A stretch of DNA of 63,145 bases, the filler included, from Perkinsus chesapeaki ATCC PRA-425 (taxonomy: Eukaryota > Protista > Perkinsozoa), in the NCBI GenBank assembly GCA_013115145.1. It is 7 parts of 7 records of this genome, joined end to end, with 100 filler letters (N's around TTAATTAATTAA, not from the genome) between each part and the next. Parts side by side here need not be neighbours in the genome. Positions count along the whole stretch, not along the records: positions 1 to 1,154 come from JAAPAO010002145.1; positions 1,255 to 21,177 come from JAAPAO010000631.1; 5 more parts are not named here. One strand, given 5' to 3'. Position numbers and translations under genes: made by a program. The notes beneath the pieces were generated by a model that was not told the origin of the DNA, ran no database searches, and was given only the letters and a program-made list of their open reading frames with translations. This document shows positions 1-12,200 of the stretch, piece by piece (positions within the stretch are counted from its first letter, which is position 1; each line of letters begins with the position of its first letter).

Positions 1-1154
1 ATCTCTTTCTCCGCCGACACTCTGACCATACGAACGGATGCCTCTCCGTACGGCATGGGCTATCACGCGGCCTTACAGGGACCCTTTGAAGAACCGGTTT
101 GCCTCCTAGCCAAGGCCAAGTGCTGGAAAGGAAGTCAAGTATCATGGCACCAGAATCGACAAGAAGCCTACTGCCTTGGCCTCTCATTCGTCTTCTGTGA
201 CTCTTTAATCCCATATGTCAGTGGCCTTCAGCTGCGTTTCCTCACCGATTCTAGGACCGCCCTCTCCTGGATGAGAGGTGGTGAGAAGATGACTAGCCGG
301 TCCATTGAGCGGATCGCGATATCCCGGTTATGCGAGGCGGTGGCTGATCTTAAGGAGGCCTGGGTGCGGAGATTTGGGGTCCACCCTATCGTGGAACATA
401 TCTCGGCAGCCCAAAATGCCGACGCTGACACCCTCAGCCGTTTTGCTTCTGCATGGAAGATCCCACCTGCCGTCGTCTTTGATGGCCGTTTCAGTGATCC
501 CAAAAGTCGGGGCAGGTTCCCTCCTACGGTTTTGGCCCCCGAGGATGCCACCGACGATTCTGATATGGAGGCTATGGCGACGCTGCTGCTCATCATCTCA
601 GAGGAACGAGTCTACTATATCCCCGAAAACCTCGACGCGGCGATTGGTCGCCCGGCGCGACTGGAGTTACTGGCACTCCAGGAGCGTTCGTCCGAATCTC
701 GGGAGTTAGTGAGCAAGATCAGGGGGGCAGGAAACTCCGATGTCCCGGTGTCTACTAAGAGAGGCGACTTCATCTGCACTGAGGACGGCATATTGTTGCG
801 CCGATCCCGCCCTATAGCGGAATCTAGGGGCGCTCCGGCAAGGCTGTGCTTCTATATACCTTCCGATCTCCCGGAGGCTGTGGACTATGCTAAGAAACTC
901 TTGCAGACATACCATATTGAGTCTGGGTGTCTAAATGCTCGTTATGTTCGTTGGATCTTTTCAAGATCCTTCTTCATCAGCGGCATGAGAAGGCTGGCGC
1001 ATGATGTTTGTCGCTCATGCGATAAGTGTCAGTTCGCCCACAACAGGCGGTACTACTCTCTTCTCGATGGGGGACGTTCCCTGACTCATGGAATCCGCGG
1101 CTGTTGGGAGGTCGTTTCCGCGGATCTTGCTGAGATGGGGCCTGACAGGAAGGG
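1..1154 (+). mobile_element. LTR retrotransposon pol fragment (RNase H + integrase N-terminus), cut by contig ends
   Basis: Open frame from base 1: IRTDASPYG (RNase H D), NRQEAYCL (E), FLTDSRT (D), NADADTLSR, then integrase Zn-binding YHIESG...CRSCDKC and VVSADL (first catalytic D). Confidence 0.85.
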
Positions 1155-1254
1155 NNNNNNNNNNNNNNNNNNNNNNNNNNNNNNNNNNNNNNNNNNNNTT
1201 AATTAATTAANNNNNNNNNNNNNNNNNNNNNNNNNNNNNNNNNNNNNNNNNNNN
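1155..1254. other. Artificial contig linker (N44-TTAATTAATTAA-N44); identical linkers at 21178-21277, 52059-52158, 54690-54789, 57514-57613 and 59251-59350
   Basis: The same 100-nt design with a six-frame-stop 12-mer occurs six times, and ORFs on either side are truncated and unrelated. Plain N gaps without the linker lie at 45185-45283, 60471-60567 and 61674-61768. Confidence 0.97.
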
Positions 1255-1855
1255 CGAAGATTTCACTGCCCACGCGACCGGGATACATGTCACTCAATTG
1301 TTCCACCAGATCAGGAAAATCACTGTCAATGGAGGGGGCTAGACCAAGTATGCTGAGTGGTGGGGAAGAAGTAGGCGGAGGAGTTTGATCCATTATCAGA
1401 CCGAAGATGATGTTTTGAGCTACGAAACCACCGACGCTCAAGGTGCCTCTGTGCTGAAAGATCTTGGTCATGACTTTGTCTTCGTACTCGACAACTTCAA
1501 TCGGTTGGTGAGGCTGGCATGGAGCGGGGCACTGATAGCAACCAGGACTGGAGGTCTTACAGTACCCTGGTTTAGATGAGCGCTCAAGCCAATCTTTCCA
1601 GACAAGGGTGAGATGATAGGAACCGGTATCGATAAACATAGTCACTGTGTTACTGTCGGCTCCAACTTTGGTGAATAGACCACGGCCGACAGCCAGAAGG
1701 TTACCGTAAGTGATATTCAACTTCAGTGCCAGTCCGTAGCCAGCCAGTAGTAACCAAAGTGAAGTTATAAAGGAGAGCTTCTGACACATTGACAACATAA
1801 ACGAGATTATATACTGCTTCCAGCAACGGAAGAGGTTAAGCTGGCATAGTGACAT
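1255..1855 (-). CDS. Secreted pepsin-like aspartic protease, N-terminal half (3' end lost at the linker)
   Basis: Hydrophobic leader (FITSLWLLLAGYGLAL), catalytic MFIDTGSY, FGLI and ILGLAP motifs; single exon. Confidence 0.85.
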
Positions 1856-4094
1856 GGAAGGGCCATATGCGCCACGCTGACAGTGATGGCGTGGTCATGG
1901 CGACGGAAGAGACAGTATATAAAAAACTCGCTAGTATGAATAAAAATGTTTGATTGCATCGAAGCTCAGTATCATCATCGTAGAGAGACGTGATGTCCCG
2001 GAAAGTCAGCGAAATACTGCTAAGGCGAAGACGATCAAGAGACGCTGCTGAGATGGCCATTGGGGCATTCGGAGTAGAGCGCGGCGCAGATCTCTCCAGA
2101 TGGAAGCACAGCAGGGGAATTCGCACCTTCGAGTACTTCCGGAGGCTTTTACATGCCGATGGTTGAGTAATAACCTTGCACATCTGGCTGTTGTGAGTCT
2201 ACAAACCACACTCGGCGACGTTTGTATGTAGTCCGACTTTGCACCGTTTCGAGTCCTGCACTTTGTGTGGCGCAGCCGGGGGTCCGCGGTGATCCAAATG
2301 CATGATGCATGCAGTGATGAGGCACCCAGTGAACACGTGTATCTCTTATGATTTTGGCCTAGCACTACATGAGGAGACTTGGTTCTGAGTCACGCGCCTT
2401 CGTAACAGTGGGATGATGCAGGTTATTTCGTCTGCGGGTAGCAGCGTGTACAGCACGTCAGATTCTCACACTTCAGACGAAAAGCTCCGCGGGCTGTTGA
2501 TCTGAGCCCTCCAAAACGGACACTCGGAGCACATCACGCGTTTGTCGTAGGAGTGTATTGCATACATTCCCACCCTAATAGTGGCACCCTTAGTCGATGC
2601 ACTGTATTGACTCAGGGCAAACAAGTCTGCGCGTCGCTGCAGCTTTATTATGAAGTGTTCATGCGGCATGAACTTCATGCCCATTAACTTGCATTATGCA
2701 TGAATCATGCAATTAACTTGATGGAGCAGGTTTGGAGTTGGAGAGCATCCGGAGCTACCGAGAGTAATACCTGAAATACATACCCGCAGTAGGAAATTGA
2801 AACTACATAGCCTGACCGAGGCATCGCGTATACCTCGGCTTCAGGATGAAGCTAACCTTTGCTTCAGTAAAGGTAGAGCGTCTAGAATGTTCAGTTCGGC
2901 CGCACTAGTAGGGCTAATACCTGGGTAAATCTTTCTGACTTGGAGAAGTGCCTTAGTTGATGACACACTGCAATTTACTATCTACTGAATTATATTAGGT
3001 GACATCAAGTGGGAATTGTCTAATTGATGCCTTGTACTATGATAGTTCTACTATCCATTAGATAGTACAAGGCATCAGTTAGGTAAGTGGATAGTATCCA
3101 ACATCATCGATGCAGCGTGGAGCACTTTATCGATTCCGGGGCAAGTCGAGGGTGACATCCACAGTGCACTGATTCGTGATGCGTACTGTGTTGCACAGGA
3201 ATCTGGTATGCTGTAAGGCTTAGTCTTGCGGGAGATGAGACTATCCAACTGTTGATCATCCATGGTTTGATTACGCTGAGTTTCCAGCAGTGCGCTGCAA
3301 TTGCAAGAAGGATGCGTCGACGTCCGGAATTGAGCCTTGCTGCTCATAAACCATATTTGTGCTGCTCCCGTATATCACTGATAAACATACTCCTGAATGG
3401 AGCTGTTGCATTGAAGGAAAGTATTGAGGAAAGGCGAGCAAATTATGAATCTACTATCACCAACAGTTGAATAGTTCGCGGATCTGAGTATAGTAAGCGA
3501 GGGACCACCTCGGGTGGTGGACACCGGGTCGATGAGTTTTCCACGCGATGCTCAATTATTTTGGTGTTAAAAGGAGCTTTTGACAGTACAGAAATAAAGA
3601 GACCTACTGATAGCTATACTCCCTGCTGGAGCTAGCATAGGCTCACACTGCCCCCGGTTACTACGCCTGTGGTTCTCAGCATAAAAAGCTGGAAAGGAGA
3701 CGATAAGAATTTATGAGGCTTTAGAATGGATTCCCACACAAACCGTCAGATCCTCCGGTGTTCGTAAGATTTAGCAATTAAATTTTACCCGCCATGACGT
3801 TTCTTGTACTGATGACACTTTTGACAAGGCGTCTTCGTCTGGATTGTGTTTGCCACATCGGAACTATTTCAGTCATATTAGTCATTGCTGCATCAAATAC
3901 AGTATATAACACGGGTTCGCTCAAAGGGAGTAGTCTTATATCTCAAATCCGTTACTACTACAGTCCTCCAAATTAACTTAGAATATCACGTTTTTGTGAC
4001 CATTCTCCGCCAGATTTGCGACTCTATGCCCAAAACTCAGAGAGTCTCGTAAAACTAGTAACTTACTAGTTACAGAAAAAGTCAAATTTTCAAA

Positions 4095-5165
4095 ATGAAA
4101 CGAGTTCCGACTATCCTACTCTCATTTGGATGGAGTGAGGCAATCGTCAGGCTGCCGCTAACTGACGACGGTCACTACTTCATGACCGAGCTACTTGTAG
4201 AAAATCAACCATTGGGTATGGTGGTGGACACGGGTTCGATAAGCTTCCATGTGATGTCAAACCATCTGGTTTCTCATGATGGCCTGAAAGAGCGGGCTAT
4301 GGACGCATTGCAGAAGAAGAGCTTGAAAGTGAAGAAGTATGAAAATGTGCGAGTTTACATGGTGAGTGTCCAAGGTTCACTATCGTTACCATCAACTCAC
4401 AATATTCTCGAGATGGACTTCAATGTTGGTATTGGTGCACGAGAGGTGACACCAAGCGGCGAGGTGAGAGTATACCATGTGCATTCACTATTGGGCTTGG
4501 GCTTTCCTCGTCACCCATCTGGGTCATTCTTACAGCAGCTCATTGCTCATGGAGTAATTCAACAGGAGTATTTTACTGTGACGGTTGACAGATATGGTAA
4601 TGGCGAAGTACTCCTGGGTGAGCTGAAACCGCAAGACGCACAAGAGGCTGGTGAACTTGTCTATCTTCCGATTTACGTAGACTCACGTCACCGCAAGAGA
4701 TGGGAAGTTTATGTTACCAACATTCGCTGCTATTTTTCACCAGAGCGCTTTTTCAATGTGAAGGTGGAAGCGCCCGCCTTGATAGACACCGGTGCTCCTG
4801 GCATACACGGTCCGAAGAACCAGATCAATTTGCTAATAAGAGCCGCTAGTTTTGCTGCGAGTGAAGTACGTGGCAAGAACATAACAACGAACAACTCGCG
4901 CACGGTGTTCTATATTTCACTCGATGAAGTGAAATACTTGCCTAAGCTCCACGTATTCTTCAGCTTAGGAGGTGGTAAGACTATGTCCCTTGCCATTGAC
5001 CCACATCAATACATCAATCACGTGACGTCACCATCAGTCAAGTCGCGCCATGTTTTCATGGGGGCTAGCCAAGGGTGGTCCCTCGGTATGCCGTTATTTC
5101 GAGGTCGGTCCGTTCGATTCGACGCGATAAAGGGGGCCATAGGACTGGCTCTCACGGGAGCTTAA
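4095..5165 (+). CDS. Secreted pepsin-like (A1) aspartic protease, complete and intronless
   Basis: 356-aa ORF with a signal-like N-terminus, VVDTGS and LIDTGA catalytic motifs, SLLGLGF, and C-terminal WSLGMPLFRGRSVRFD. Confidence 0.92.
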   Translation: MKRVPTILLSFGWSEAIVRLPLTDDGHYFMTELLVENQPLGMVVDTGSISFHVMSNHLVSHDGLKERAMDALQKKSLKVKKYENVRVYMVSVQGSLSLPSTHNILEMDFNVGIGAREVTPSGEVRVYHVHSLLGLGFPRHPSGSFLQQLIAHGVIQQEYFTVTVDRYGNGEVLLGELKPQDAQEAGELVYLPIYVDSRHRKRWEVYVTNIRCYFSPERFFNVKVEAPALIDTGAPGIHGPKNQINLLIRAASFAASEVRGKNITTNNSRTVFYISLDEVKYLPKLHVFFSLGGGKTMSLAIDPHQYINHVTSPSVKSRHVFMGASQGWSLGMPLFRGRSVRFDAIKGAIGLALTGA

Positions 5166-5363
5166 CAAACACTCTTCATAATTATGTTGACTGACTGTGT
5201 TGTATTACTGTAGTTGTTTATCGTTCACATGGGCCGATGATGTTACCGCAAACATGAAAGCTTTGTGTTCCCCGAGTCGTGAATAAGGGCAGAAACTTCA
5301 AGACTTCTTAATCGAGTCACTCAACGAACCAAACATTAAAAGAAGTCCATAAAATTGATATCA

Positions 5364-6911
5364 TCAGAGTCTCGAAACCGAAGGCATCGAAGGCGTGTCA
5401 ACGTTGATCAAATGGGCTCTCAGAATAGCATGAAGTTCTTCTTCACATTGCATCATCAGGGCATGGCCAGATTCTGGCAACTCGATCACTTTTGTGAGCT
5501 CGGGTATTGACAGTCTAGCGACTTGCTTCGACGACTCCGGCGGAACAAGCTTATCCTTCCCGCCATAGACAATAAGAATCGGCATCTGACACAATCAGGG
5601 AACTGGGCTGACCAGACACTTCGAGTGGTGAAGTTACCCGCAAAACATCGTGGAACTGCCTAATTCCTTCTTCACCGACAGAGTGTTGTAATAGACCAGC
5701 AATCTGCTTTAAAACATCGGCAGCTTTGGTGTTTGGGAGCTTCTTGTACGCGTCGGCGACGTCAGGCGGTAAGCTCTCACGGCCGATACGACTGAAGACC
5801 TTGACTATTTCAGTCCTGATAAAACACAGTCCAAAGGTTAACCTGCTTACGAGAACTTGCTTGTGTTTATGGCGCCACTTCCTTGGGAAAAGTATCCGCA
5901 GTATAGGATGGTCAGCATTCACTTTGCCTGTAGTTGGATCCCTCAATGGGCCTCCTCCTCCTGACACTATCAGAATGAGCATATCAGTCATTGCGCGGAG
6001 AGATGGTAAACTAGACAAGCTTGCTTTGCAGTGGGTTGTTATCAAAACCAGTGACTTAATTCTGAACCGCAGCGACTTCTGAGAAATACTTGCTGGTGAG
6101 AGCGAAGTGTACGTCCGCTATACCTGGGCTATCATCAAACAAAGCCTCTGTGCAATCATACCGCCCATGCTGACTCCCATCAAATGGAAGTCGTGCCACC
6201 CACAGGCTTCAACGCATGCGATGGCGTCTTCAGCCATGGACGTTATCGTATGGGAGCGCCTGGAAAGAAAAAGATTTGTGACATTGCTAATACGAGGTGG
6301 AGGAAATCAACTACGCGCAGGATCATCCAATAGCATCGAATAAGCTCATTCCTCAAAGACCAAAGACGTTCCAGAAAACCCAACTGCAGTTTGCTTGGTT
6401 TTAACAACCGTAATGAAGTAGGGAGACGCATGTGAGATCTAACTGATATTTAATATCACATGGTTTGCCGTAAAGATGTAACTGAGAAGCGTACAACAGT
6501 GATACTTTCAGATGCATGATAGCTGAAATAGTTGCCTATTGCTAAGATACAGCTGGCAGATGAACAGAGTGTCATGTAGGAAATACATGCATAAATACAT
6601 TGAATGCCTCGAGCGCGTTCGACTGTACATGGATAATTTTCCCTTGTCTTTAGCAGGGTCAGCATAACTAAATCCGACACCACGGTTATCGACAAGGAGT
6701 AGCTCATAGCCGATGGAAGCTAGGAAGGCCGTCTGAAATGAGCAGTCTGCGAGGAATGGTCGATGAAGCAACTCACTTGCGGAGCCCAACATATATGTGG
6801 CATAGCAAGGCCCATAATCATCACTATGTGACCTTTAGCAGGGGCATCCTCATTTGATTTCACCACGGTATGATATATACGGTATCCATCCGGCCTGGTG
6901 ACCCACGGCAT
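5364..6911 (-). CDS. Alpha/beta hydrolase (multi-exon)
   Basis: Exons give MPWVTRPDG...IVMIMGLA, LLLVDNRGVGFS, nucleophile elbow HLMGVSMGGMIAQ (about 6150-6200), acid GGKDKLVP and SGHAL; GT-AG introns. Confidence 0.88.
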
Positions 6912-7399
6912 CCGAACGGGTAACAATAAACTACAACCAGAGCAGGAGCATTTCTGGAATATCTCTCACACGGACTCCGACGAGCGTTAGAAGCCGACAG
7001 CGGCGTGAATGAGCCTTACGCTAATCTGTTTATGTTGGACAATATTGCGGAAAGCACTCACCCAACATTGGCTTCACTCGACACAGTTTAACAGTAAAGA
7101 ACACCTTAACCGAATGTCGTGTAATGGACATAAATGGGACCGGGAGAAATGCTTCCGGTGTCAGTCTTTACGGCATGTCGACCGGGAGATACTCTGGGAT
7201 CGTTAAGGAACCTAAAATAGAACATATAGTTTTGGAGGAATGGTATCCGTTTTATAGATAAAAGGACGGGTAAATATTATTATATGAATAGATGATAGTA
7301 TACAAGGGAAGGCGTGCAGAGAAAAAACATGCCGCAATCAGTTAACGTCAATAAAGGCCCCCTCAACCTGATGGCTTCAGAAGTGGCTTTCGGACAGCT

Positions 7400-8900
7400 A
7401 CACATCAATGAGCACCCACTACGCTACTGAAATAGTTACAGAGGCAACGGTAACTACACTCTGGAAAAGTAGGCGCTGCAGATCCATGCTAACTAAGGGC
7501 TAGTAGAGAGAGTGCCATAAAGAAGTGCTGACCTTCTTGTTCTTGGAAAACTGAACTTGGCGCTCGAGACAACCTTGGTAGAATCAAACCCGCTGGGATT
7601 AGTGCTACTGCCTAAAACAGAAAATATGCCCTTTTCTTGATTGCCACCCATATCTCACTCAAAACGTCACGCCACTGAAGCTTGGCCTGTGGGCCTGAAG
7701 CATCCGAACTGCTCGAGGGGAAGCTGCCGAAGTATTCTGCTGGCCCAGGCACCTCCCTATTGCGATAGCGAAGGCTCGATACCTGAAATCGGAAATCGTG
7801 TTCCATCGTGTTCTCCCTAGATCGAAAGTCCACAGAAACTCATTGTTGGTCGATTCGATAAAGCTATGAAAAGGAGAAGCTTACAACTCCCCATAAAGAG
7901 CGGTCGACACTCGCACTCGGCCATAAGACTGCTACATGTATCGCTCAGTCATCTGCCTCAGAAATAACAACTCGTACGCAGCACGATCCTTCGGAACGCA
8001 ATTCTAGCCTCGAGTGCGGCGTTCGTTCTTCGCCTTTTCATCGTTGACAGACGGTCTTAGAACTACTCACATGTGTTGGCGAAGAAGGCAAATCTCAAGG
8101 AGGGTCCCATCTCTTAGGAGCTTTTGATTTCTATAATGAGGCGCGGAGGATACTGCAAAGCTCAGCTAAGTAAATTCCTCATGGGAATACTAACAGATAT
8201 ACCAACGACTATGCCAGACGATCTAGGGACTTGCCTCATCGTGCGGCTTCTGTAGCAAGTATCGATCTGCTCGACCAAAGGAATAGCTTGCACTTCTACT
8301 AATGGTTGGATGCACTTTCATATGTGTTCGACTTATTCCTATAGTTCTATCTGCACCAAAGATACCGTTAAAAGCACTAAAACGTAACCGACCACTTCCA
8401 CGGGCCTTCCGCCAATAATGAGTGCTCCCGAGCATCGAGCTTCCGACGCCTCTCACACTGACAATATACCTTATCAGCTACAACCGAACCAACGGAAGGG
8501 CTACTCGGCAGATAGGGTCTTGTCAAGTATGTGCTGCCGGATTCGCTCAACACAAGCCTCTCTGACGGCCTTGTGGGAAGGCTTCTCAGCTCCCAGCTTC
8601 ATCGCCTAATTATACCGTGGAAGGATATCAGAGTTTAGATGGTACGATTCTTTGACGTTGCTCAAGTGTATCGGCGCTGATATCTTTCCGTGCTTTATCG
8701 ATCGCTGCCCTGACTTCCTGAGGTATGCCGATAGTTGGCTCCGAACCTAATCACCACACTTGTGCATGCGTGCAAAAAGATACTCCAGAGCTTACAATAG
8801 CGTTTCCTGTCTGACATGTTCAACCATCCAGAGGTGCCTGTAACACTAGTAGCCTGATAGCCGCTGGCATTGCTGTTGCCGTGGTTGAATATTGTCATTG
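7400..8900 (-). CDS. Possible multi-exon hypothetical gene, or 3' extension of the upstream E3 ligase
   Basis: Exon-like open segments bounded by AG/GT (e.g. AMKLGAEKPSHKAVREACVERIRQHILDKT); no recognisable domain. Confidence 0.3.
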
Positions 8901-9228
8901 AATAGAGCAACCTCTTTCACCACTTCCGAAATTGACAGCCAAACAGTCGGCATGAATCACATCAGCACTTGATGGTAATAGGGGGTTTATAGGTAAAATG
9001 TGAAGGAATGATAACATATAGTAAACGAATGCAAATGTAATTATAATGGTAAATTGTTAACAACATAATCAAACTTAGTATAATCACCGCTCTCCGCCGG
9101 ACAACAGTCGACTAGTCAACGATGAAATGCCGCGGACAGCTAAACCTGAACATCGATAAATGACCAATTCCGAAGTGACTCCCGAAGTAATTTTAAGAAA
9201 CCGCCCAAGTGTTCATTAAATACACTTA

Positions 9229-12200
9229 CCCGCAGTCGCCTGTAGTGCAGTGCCAAAGGCTCCAAAGATCTCCTCGGCGACGCTGCCTGGTTGGTGCAAC
9301 AGACCAGTTCGACCAGCTCGTATAATACGGTCCACATCATAATGTATCGCGCTAGTCAGCTCCTGAAAATCTTGCTATCTTGACAAATCTTGCATTTCCT
9401 CAACACACCGCTATGATCTCCTTGTTCTCCTTAACTGCTAATATAATGCACATCATTTCCCGCCGTCTTTCTGGTGAGGAGACTGCTTCGTGATCGACTT
9501 TAAGTAGTGATGTTAGCAGCCTCAGAGATTTACCCAGACTCGACGTCCAGCTCGACAACAGGCGTATTGTTCTCATATACCTAAAAATCAACAAAAGATA
9601 CTCTTCGAGCCGACTCGATATGGGTCGATATTTTCCAGGTAAAGCATAAGTGCCGAGTAAGAGCTAAAGCGCAGGTAAGCAGCATTGAACAAGTGAAACA
9701 GAGATCCGATAAGGCTTGTGAAGTGATAACTTACCCTGGTGACGCTGGTGTGAAGTAGAGAACCACAAATGAACGGGCAAGAACGCCCTGAGCTGACTTG
9801 CAGAAATCAGAGGTTTCTTCCACTAGCGCCTGAAGGATGAACATGTGGAAATAATACGGATGATTTATAGACAAGAAAACGAGAAGCTTATTATGTAGCG
9901 GACTCGTCAGTATCGAAATCGCGAGTAGTTGTTAAGTATCGTTGTCGAGTAGCGGGAAGTACTCTGCAATCTGGCTGACACATTAGTATACCTAAAGTTT
10001 CGGTAAAAAAGTTTCGAACATCGGGCTTGAGAAGTCCTTTTCGTTCAGCACTCAACTGATAATTTCCTCAGGCACATTTCGAAGGGACAGTCCGCATTTG
10101 TAGTGTTCAAATTAAAGCCTTAGATCTCGTAAGCTGCATACATTCTCTTAGCATCCCTGACTCCATTTTGATTTGTTTCAAGAGAGGTCTCCTTAGAGAT
10201 ACTTAAGTCTGGCCAACTCAGTGGGGTGCTGCTACCCGAAACCCAAGATATTCAACGAAATTCTCACCTGTGTTGTTGGCTCCACTTCAACAGCCTCACA
10301 AAGCCTGCCCCACTGCTCGGTGGAAACCATCTCATCCAAATCCTCTGTGGCTTGGGCGTATCCTCGAATACAATCAGCTTTCAAACGCGAAGTCAAGAGC
10401 TTGGACAAAGCAGCACTTTGCTGACCTACACGAGAAAGTGAATAGGGATAGTGATAACAGCTCTCCTGTACACTGCGCAACATATTCTTAGAAAGTCGCG
10501 TTTCACCAGGTTACTTTTCGATTGAACCAGCGTCGTTGCTCCTCAATCCTCGAGCAACACGAGTTGCTAAGAGTATATAGAGTAGTCTATTCCTGCCTAC
10601 TAGGTGCTACAGGAATCCTATCCCATCCAAGCATAATATTATCCATAATATTTATTCCTTTTTTTCCATACAAGAATAAAAAACACTTCCCTTAACTTCA
10701 AGAGACTCCTTAAATTGAAGGAGTTATTTAAAAATTACGTGATGTTCTATTATTTTGTAACGGGTTAACAACAACTCTTCTATTATTATAATAGAAGAAG
10801 GTATAGAAGGAATTATTCAATCATCTTTTTTACTGGGAGGCGGGATTTAAATTATAATAGTATTATAATTTAAATCCCGCTTCCCAGTAAAAAATGAAAA
10901 AAGGCCTCACTTTTAACACTCGACGTGGAACCTCTTCGCTCGCTGTTGTTGTTCTCATTTCCCATACAGGTATAGTGTGATGGCTTCCACCGGGCTCCAC
11001 ACATATAACAGAACTCACCACCACATTGGCGACATGTCATATGGTTGCAACCATACGATCCTGAACACAATAATATCATCTGCGCTATTCGCAAAGTGAT
11101 CGAGGAAATTTTCCTCAAGTGCAAGCAAACGTTGTCATTTCAGTAATATAGAGCAAGTTGGTTATGTCGATGGTGTTATAATTTATAATATAGAGTTGGT
11201 TACTGTTATACAATATATGATATAGAGGTACTTGGTTATGTCGATGTTGTTATAATATATAATATAGAGGTACTTGGTTATGTCGATGTTGTTATAATAT
11301 ATAATATAGAGGTGCTTGGTTATGTCGATGTTGTTATAATATATAATATAGAGGTACTTGGTTATGTTAACACTGTTATACAATATATGATATAGAGTAG
11401 GTTCGACTGTTCAGTCGAGTTCACTAAGACTCGGGCCAGTAAATATGACACCGAAGAAACTAATGGCAATACGACCTTACGCAGAATGGGTGCAGAGCAA
11501 TCGATGCATTTGGTAGTGTGACTTTGAACCCAACCCTCAGACTCTTGGTCCTCAGCGCTTCGCTGTGCCTTCATCGCCTCTTCAAACTGCTCAACCTGCC
11601 CACCTAAAACCGATACGGAAATAACCAAGTCAAAGCAACTCTATTGCAAAGGTAAATCATTTAGTGAATCGATCCATTCATGACATTTCATCCCACACTT
11701 GACGCTACTCTTAAGAGTGATACATCCAAGCACGCTGCACGCATGCGCACAATTATTGACATTCAATTGTGTATTATTCTCCCTACTTAATACTCAATCT
11801 CCTTACCCACTTACATTTAGCTGGTTCATGAGGATCTTTCAAACAGGCGAAGCAGAATTCATGCCCGCAAGTGCACCGTACGGTAGTAGCTGTGGATTCA
11901 GTGCTGTCAAGCTTCACGCTTCGACCACATCCTGGAGCCGGACACCAACGAACCTGCAAGAAGCTCATCTTACGAGTCCCGTATCACCGTGTAAGGCAAA
12001 TATCTTTGTGCAATTTCAGACAATATTTTCGCTGTAGAGAAATTCGCGTTGAATAATATACCCTATATTTCCCGCGTTCACCAGTTCGGTTCTATTGTTA
12101 GTCGTTAATACCACTCCACTTGGAACGTAAAAACGAATGAGAAATTTCCAAACTCTTCTACTGGTAATAGCGCGCGCCCGTCTAATCGATTATTCCGAGT

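Noticed and set aside
1199-1210. TTAATTAATTAA palindrome, repeated six times
   Set aside because: Always centred in a 100-nt N block; an artificial six-frame-stop linker. Adjacency across these linkers has no biological meaning.
11183-11383. Periodic 66-aa ORF
   Set aside because: Translation of the 42-bp intronic repeat.
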